Assembly (NCBI RefSeq): GCF_009914755.1 | Contig: NC_060928.1 | Length of the DNA: 64,000 nt | Strand: one strand, 5' to 3' | DNA from: the human T2T-CHM13v2.0 reference genome, Homo sapiens | Part shown: piece by piece, positions 55,572 to 64,000 of the stretch | Numbering within the stretch: the first letter of the stretch is position 1 | How the letters are laid out: each line of letters begins with the position of its first letter | The notes under the pieces: model-generated | Told to the model about the DNA's origin: nothing | The model's input: only the letters and a program-made list of their open reading frames with translations | Database searches by the model: none | Program-made: the position numbers and the translations under genes

Positions 55572-56958
55572 TTTTCAAGGGCAGATGGTACATTTACCAG
55601 GACAGACCATGTGGAAGGACATAAGACATATCTCAATAAATTTAAAACTGAAATCTTACAGAATATATTCCCTAACCACAACAAAATTAGAAATCAATAC
55701 TATTAGGATATATAAGAAAATCCCAAATATTTGGAAATTAAACAGCATACTTCTAATTAGTGTATGGATCAAATAAAAAAGATCACAGGAGAAATTAGAA
55801 AATATTTTGAACTAATGCCAAAGAAAACATACCATCAAAATTTGTAGCATGCAGCTAAACCAATGCTTAAAGGGAAATTTATAGCTTTATATCTGTATGC
55901 TAGTAAACAAAAGGGACCATTTTTCTACTTTAACTGCTATATCCTTAGTACCTAAAATAATTCCCAGCATTTAATAGGAAATAAATATTTACTAAATAAG
56001 TAATAACTGAACAGAAGACTGAACAAATGGAAAGATATCTAAATGACAACAGTGGCATCTGAGTGGCAGAATCATGACTTTTTTATTCATTTCTGTTTCT
56101 AATTTTTAAAAATAATCCACAGTATGTTCCTTAATTAGCAGAACTTTTTTCTTAACCTAAATGGCCCTTCTCTGAAATAAGAGGATTATAGCCAACTGAA
56201 ACCATAAATAAATTAGATAGCTAGGATCTCATTCTACTTAAGCTCTTATACAAAGAAGGTAATAAAAACAAAAACATTTTGTCCTGTTGGATGCAAATCT
56301 TTTTCTGAACTTAATGGTTTTGGAGAGAAGGAGAAATGGAACAAATATAATTCATTAACTGAAAAAAGTCACTGTACCTCTCTCAATTCCAAATGCAAAC
56401 TGCTACTAGAATTAGAGTGTGTGAAAGCACTGCTCAGAGGAATCACCCCTGCAGGGGCTATCAAAACATGGCGCAAAAGCTTTCCGTTTGGATTTTTCTC
56501 TCTCCTTGCCCTAGAATGACATAGTCAAAAGCAATTAATGATCAAATAATGTGGTTTTTTTGGGGTGGGGCGTGGAGGAAGGGTGTTGGTTTGGGGGTTC
56601 TGTGGGGTTTTTTTGTTGTTGTTGGTTTTTCTTGCTTCTCTCTCTTCTAAGAAAGCTGCCAGAAAAGAAAACCATTTTCTTCCCACACACAAGGATCTCA
56701 TTCTGGTCTAACTGAAAATACAGCTTGTCTCCAAGGAAACATCTATCACTAAGAGACTCCAATACTCTTAGCAAGTACAAGCTATATCTTATTCTCCTTT
56801 CTTCTCCCTCAATTTTGAGCATGGAGGTCTCTCAAAAACTCTTAGTTTAAAAGCATAAAGAGACCTCATTTAATATTCTTTTTAAAGTAATTAACTACAA
56901 ATCAGTTAGTAAAATAGATTACAGAAAGGGTATACCTTATAAATCATGAGCTTTGCTA

Positions 56959-57480
<522 letters not shown>

Positions 57481-59479
57481 GTCAGCTTCTAAATCCCCAT
57501 ATTCCTTTCTTGGGTTCAGTAGAAAAGGTGATGAGGTGGCTGTTCTGCACTGTTCAATCATGAGCCGAAAATGTGCTGGCTTTAAAAGGTACCCAATGGT
57601 GGGCTTTGGAAAAGTGCAACTACAACCAATTTGAATGAATCTCTGGAACTCAGAATCTCCACTGAGTATCACACCTCCCTCCATTACCCAGCCCTACTCC
57701 TATCTGCGAAAGCCTCAGAAACTCTACTGAATCAATTTGAACCTCTGCAAACAAAGCAATGAGGAGCTGTAAAATTGGTACTTAATAAAGCAGTTCTTAA
57801 AACAACCTTTTGGCTCCAGTAACAGATACAAACATGTTAAAGCCACTGAGAAGCACGGAAAAATCAGAGATTTGTAGAGCAAAAGCTCAGCTTAAATGGA
57901 AAGAGGGAAAATTAAAATAAACAGTGGCAAAATTAAGCTCCAACTGGGCTAACAAATCTTACGAACCAAACAAAAGAATAACCAAGGGAGCATGCAAGGC
58001 TACAGTGGAAAATCCCCAAGACCCAATTCTGAAGTGCCTTTATCAAGGTTATCTGGAAAAGTCAGCAATGAATTACCCCTTAAAATAGTCTCTCCAAGTC
58101 TATTGCAGAATGAAACTGTCTCCATAAATCCCTCAGTTGACATTTGCACTGCAATCATAAGCAACATTTACAAAGGGTGAGACCCAGGAAAAAAAAAAAA
58201 AAGAAAAAGAAAATCATTGTTTTCTGAAAGCATGAAGGCTGGCAAAAAGGTTTTCCAGGATTGAAGGAACTAGCAGCTGAGGCAGCAACAATGGCAAGGT
58301 GCCCCCAGGGGCAAATTTGCTGCTCAGGATCTAGTGCCATTTAATCCTACAGTGAGACTTCATAAACATGGGTCTTGGCAATTCTGACTGAAGCACCATC
58401 TAAAGGCTGTCTGCCCTAGGCAAAGGGTGTTACTCAAAAGAGGCTCCCTGTTTTTCATCCAGGTGAAGGAAATCTTTCCCATTTGGTCTTCTTGCACACT
58501 AAGTCCTCAACACTTTATAGTAACAGAAAAAGCCTGCAGGCTCTGTGTTTTCTTAGAAAGTACAGGGCTTTCTAACAATTAGAGCTTTCTAAAAATGGAA
58601 TGCAACGCCTTGGGAGATTGATTCCCTGCCTCTGGACGGGGTCCATCAGATGCTGTTGACCAACTGGCTAGGATATCATAGAAGGGACTCAGCACTGGTA
58701 GAAAAAAAAGATTAAATGACTGCTAGGATCCCATCCAGTTGAAGGATCTAAGAAAATGGAGGTAATTATCCAAGTAACTCCAGAGAAAAAACACTCTTGC
58801 CTAAAATCATCTCATCATTTCAGGGGGAAGAAAAGTAGGCTTTTCAGATTGCCCCATTTTCCAGAAAGACATACCTGCACACTCATCTACTTCTACAAAG
58901 CAAGTATAAACAGCTGGAATCCCATTATAACAAATACTACAGTATCATCCAAAATTTTCAAAGGCATTTTTGGGCACAGGCTTCCCACTCAAGATAACCC
59001 TCCAGGAAATAACAAGCTAGGTAAAAGCTTTTGCAATATAAATACTTGACAATGCAATATTTGCATTTATTGGGGTCAGCTGACCTTTTCATAGAAAAAC
59101 AACAACAACAACAACAACTACAGATGTGTCTGAGCCCATCTTCTGAGGCTTCCTGAAAATCCACATAGAGTAAAGATGGATTTAGCAACAGTGTTACTGT
59201 AGAGTCTGGTGCAGGTTTTCTAGCTACAAATGTAGGAACTGAAGCCCCCTTGTTCTGGTTTCCATATCATAAACTCATGAAGTAATCTGTTCTTCTTCTT
59301 CACGGCATCTTGCAATTATAATTACTTAACTAATTATTCATTTTGTCATTAAAGTCTGTCTCCATGCTGGAAGTTCTAGAAAGGCAGGGCTCTCACTGTA
59401 CGCTCAGTGCTTCAGGCTTTTACATAGCAAATGTGGGAAAAAAACCCCACATATTTACTGAATAAAAGAATACTGTACA

Positions 59480-61240
<1,761 letters not shown>

Positions 61241-61379
61241 CCTAATTTAAAAAATAATTTCAAGACTTACCAGTCTAGACCAGGCTTTACTATAAATCAT
61301 TCCTCAATTCTACCTCATGAAATAAATCAAAATCTTTTCCCATAGCATATAGTTTTCTTCTTCAAGAAACATGACAAAC

Positions 61380-62100
61380 ATTTTCATTTATTTATTCACT
61401 CAACTATTTATTAATTATTATATGTCAAATACTCCTTGGGCACCAGAGAGAGAAGCAAGACCGACACTATCCCTGTCCTCATCAATCTTACAGTTTAGTA
61501 AGAAAGATAGATGCTGCATACGAAATACATATAGATAAATATATAAATACAACAAAGTGCTATCACAGAAAATTAGACTATTGTAAGATGATACAAGGTG
61601 ACTTCATTAAGTTGGAAGTTCAGAGAAGGCCTCTCTCGGGTTTTAACACAAGTTGAAACCTGAAGAGGATTTAGTCAAGCAACAGGGGCAGGTGGTGTGC
61701 ATTCCAGACAGAAAGTGGCATGTGCAAAGGACCTGAAGCAGGAAGGGATTTGAAAGGCTTGAGAAGCTACACTGAAGCTAGAGTAAGAAACAGAATGGCA
61801 AAGATGACCCTGCAGAGACAGACAGAGCCAGCTTACATAAGAATTTGTAGGCAGTGGTATTTTCAGTGAGACTGCAGGCCACTACTGTACTTTAGGTAGG
61901 AGAGTAACATGGAGGAAGGCCAGAGGAAAAAACAGAGAATCCAGTAGGAGTTACTACAGTAGTTTAGTTGAGACTGCCAGCCAAGAGTTGATGGGTGCCT
62001 GAGCCAGGATGGGAGTAGCAGGGAGGAAGAAAAGTATCTTAAGGGAGATAGAGCAGACAGGGAGTGGCAACAGAATAGATTTAAGAGGTGAGGTAAGGAT
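61380..62100 (-). mobile_element. L2 fragment
   Basis: ttcatttatttattcactcaactatttatt…gtcagagaaggcctctct…gcatgtgcaaaggacctga. Confidence 0.7.
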
Positions 62101-62531
62101 GGTGAGAAGGAGTACACCCTTATTAAATGAAAAAGACTGAAAATCTGTCAATTGTCATATTTACAATATAGCCCTAATTTTGATGTTTAAACGTATACAA
62201 AGTTATTCTGAAAATAAACTGAATATCAAAAGGAATAAAAAACTATAATGGATTAAAACACATGAAATATGTTAAAATTCATGAGTTCATCACAAAATGG
62301 TAACACAAAAGACAGAGGGCGATAAAGTATATTAAAGGCTCTAACTGTTGGAAAAGTGGAAACAAAATGAAATAAGTCAAGGATGCATGTTGTAATCTCT
62401 AGAGCAACCTCTAAATGAATTTGGAAATGTAATACATTAGATGCCAAAAAAATGAAAAATATTTCATTGATCCAAAAGAAGAGAGAAAAATGAATATAAA
62501 ATAGATTAATTAAATAAAAACAAAAAGTAGG

Positions 62532-62836
62532 GGCCAGGTGCAGTGGCTCACGCCTGTAATCCCAGCACTTTGGGAGCCCAAAGCAGGCAGATTACTTGAG
62601 GTCAGGAGTTCGAAACCAGCCTGGCCAACATGGTGAAATCCCATCTCTACTAAAAATACAAGAGTTAGCCAGGCGTGGTGGTGGGCGCCTGTAATCCCAG
62701 CTCCTGCTTAGGCAGGAGAATCACTTGAACCCGGGAGGCAGAGGTTGGAGCGAGCTGAGATCAAGCCACTGTACTCCAGCCTAGGCAGCAGAGCGAGATT
62801 CTGTTTCAAAAAAAATTAAAAAAATAAAATAAAAAT
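62532..62836 (+). mobile_element. AluS
   Basis: Full Alu; TSD aaaacaaa(a/g)agtagg. Confidence 0.92.
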
Positions 62837-63531
62837 AAAAACAAAGAGTAGGGTGGTAGAAACATACTGCCATTTTACCATACATGTTAAAGTACACCAC
62901 AAGAATGTTTCCAGAATGTGGGAAATGCTATAGGACAAACACCCTGATTTCTTTAAAAAATAAATTGCAAGGTAAAAAGGGTGTGTTGGGGTTGGGGGGT
63001 TGGCGGGGAGGATTAGGATTGGCCAAAGTGTTAACAATCACTGATCCTGAATAATACACACATGGGAAATACCATACTACTGCCTCTACTTTTGTATTCA
63101 TTTGAATTTTACTGGAATGTAAAGTAGAAAGGAACAGAGGGAAAATGGGAGGGAGAGAAGAAGAGAAAGCAATACAGAGACAGTGGCAGGGAGGGAAGAT
63201 CTCTGGATACTTATTGGCATATTTATGTGCAGAAAGTGTTTTGACAGGATATATTTTTAAATGTTCAAGTGGTTATCTCTGGGCTAATGTGATCACAAAT
63301 TTTAGAACGTTACAAATTCACCATCTCTGGGTGGGAAGATTACCGGTAACTTTTAGTCTCTTTTTGTTTAGCTGTGTTTTCTCATTGCTTCTACAATGGG
63401 TAAAACAGAATGCTTGACTCAAAAATTGTTTAAAAGCATGGAAGAAAGACTGCCAAAACCTAAAAACTTCTCCCTTTACATAGATGTTGATGTGTAAGTC
63501 TACATTTCTTAAACATTTCTGGGTCACAGCT

Positions 63532-63890
63532 CGCAATGGACTGAATGTCTGTGTCCTCCCAAAATTCATACTTTGAAACCCTCATCTCTAATAGGATGGT
63601 ATTTGGAGATGGGCCTCTGGGAGGCAAACAGGTCATGAGGGTGGAGCCCTCATGATAAGATTTGTACCCTTATAAAAGGAGACCCGAGAGAGCTTGCTTT
63701 CTCTATCTCCACCAAGTGAGGACACAGCCAGAAGACAGCTGTCTGCAAGGCAGAAAGAAGGTCCTCACCAAGAACCTGACCCTGCTAGCACCTTCATCTG
63801 GGACTTTCAGCCTCCAGAACTGTGAGAAATGAATTTCTGTTGTTTAAGCAACTCATGAGGGATTGCGTTGTAGCAGACCAGACTAAGACA
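63532..63890 (+). mobile_element. MaLR LTR (MLT1A0/B-like)
   Basis: atggactgaatgtctgtgtcctcccaaaattcata…cagcctccagaactgtgagaaatgaatttctgttgtttaagc…gactaagaca. Confidence 0.85.
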
Positions 63891-64000
63891 CAGGCTCTTT
63901 GCAAAATCTGACAAAAGCTACTACCTCTCTTTCCAGAAAAATGCACAATCTTATAGAATTTTCCATACAATGTCAGGAAACTCTGAGATCCTTAATGAAC

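Overview
This is human-type (primate) nuclear genomic DNA, AT-rich and dense in repeats, with no prokaryotic features, CRISPR array or rRNA/tRNA genes. The right half carries the 3' part of the deubiquitinase gene USP46 on the minus strand. Five coding exons (77, 84, 198, 79 and 102 nt, all GT-AG, phases consistent) encode V188-E366, followed by a ~6.7-kb 3'UTR with proximal and distal AATAAA signals; the upstream exons lie beyond base 64000. The left ~29.8 kb is intergenic, made of Alu, L1, L2, MIR, MaLR/ERV solo LTRs, DNA-transposon relics and microsatellites. The most notable observations are: (1) a near-consensus, CpG-intact AluYg6 with a 46-nt tail 318 nt from the 77-nt exon, forming an inverted pair with an older AluS on the other side of that exon; (2) a Y1 RNA retrocopy whose 5' end was hit by an MSTB LTR, with both target-site duplications (TSDs) readable; (3) a sense-oriented intronic THE1 LTR with a perfect DUX4 motif; (4) an overlapping +4 splice donor that would create an immediate stop; (5) a (GGAA)15 microsatellite. 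I found no evidence of a wholly new gene system, and the regulatory ideas below are testable hypotheses. Repeat subfamily names are by eye from remembered consensus sequences and need RepeatMasker/Dfam confirmation.
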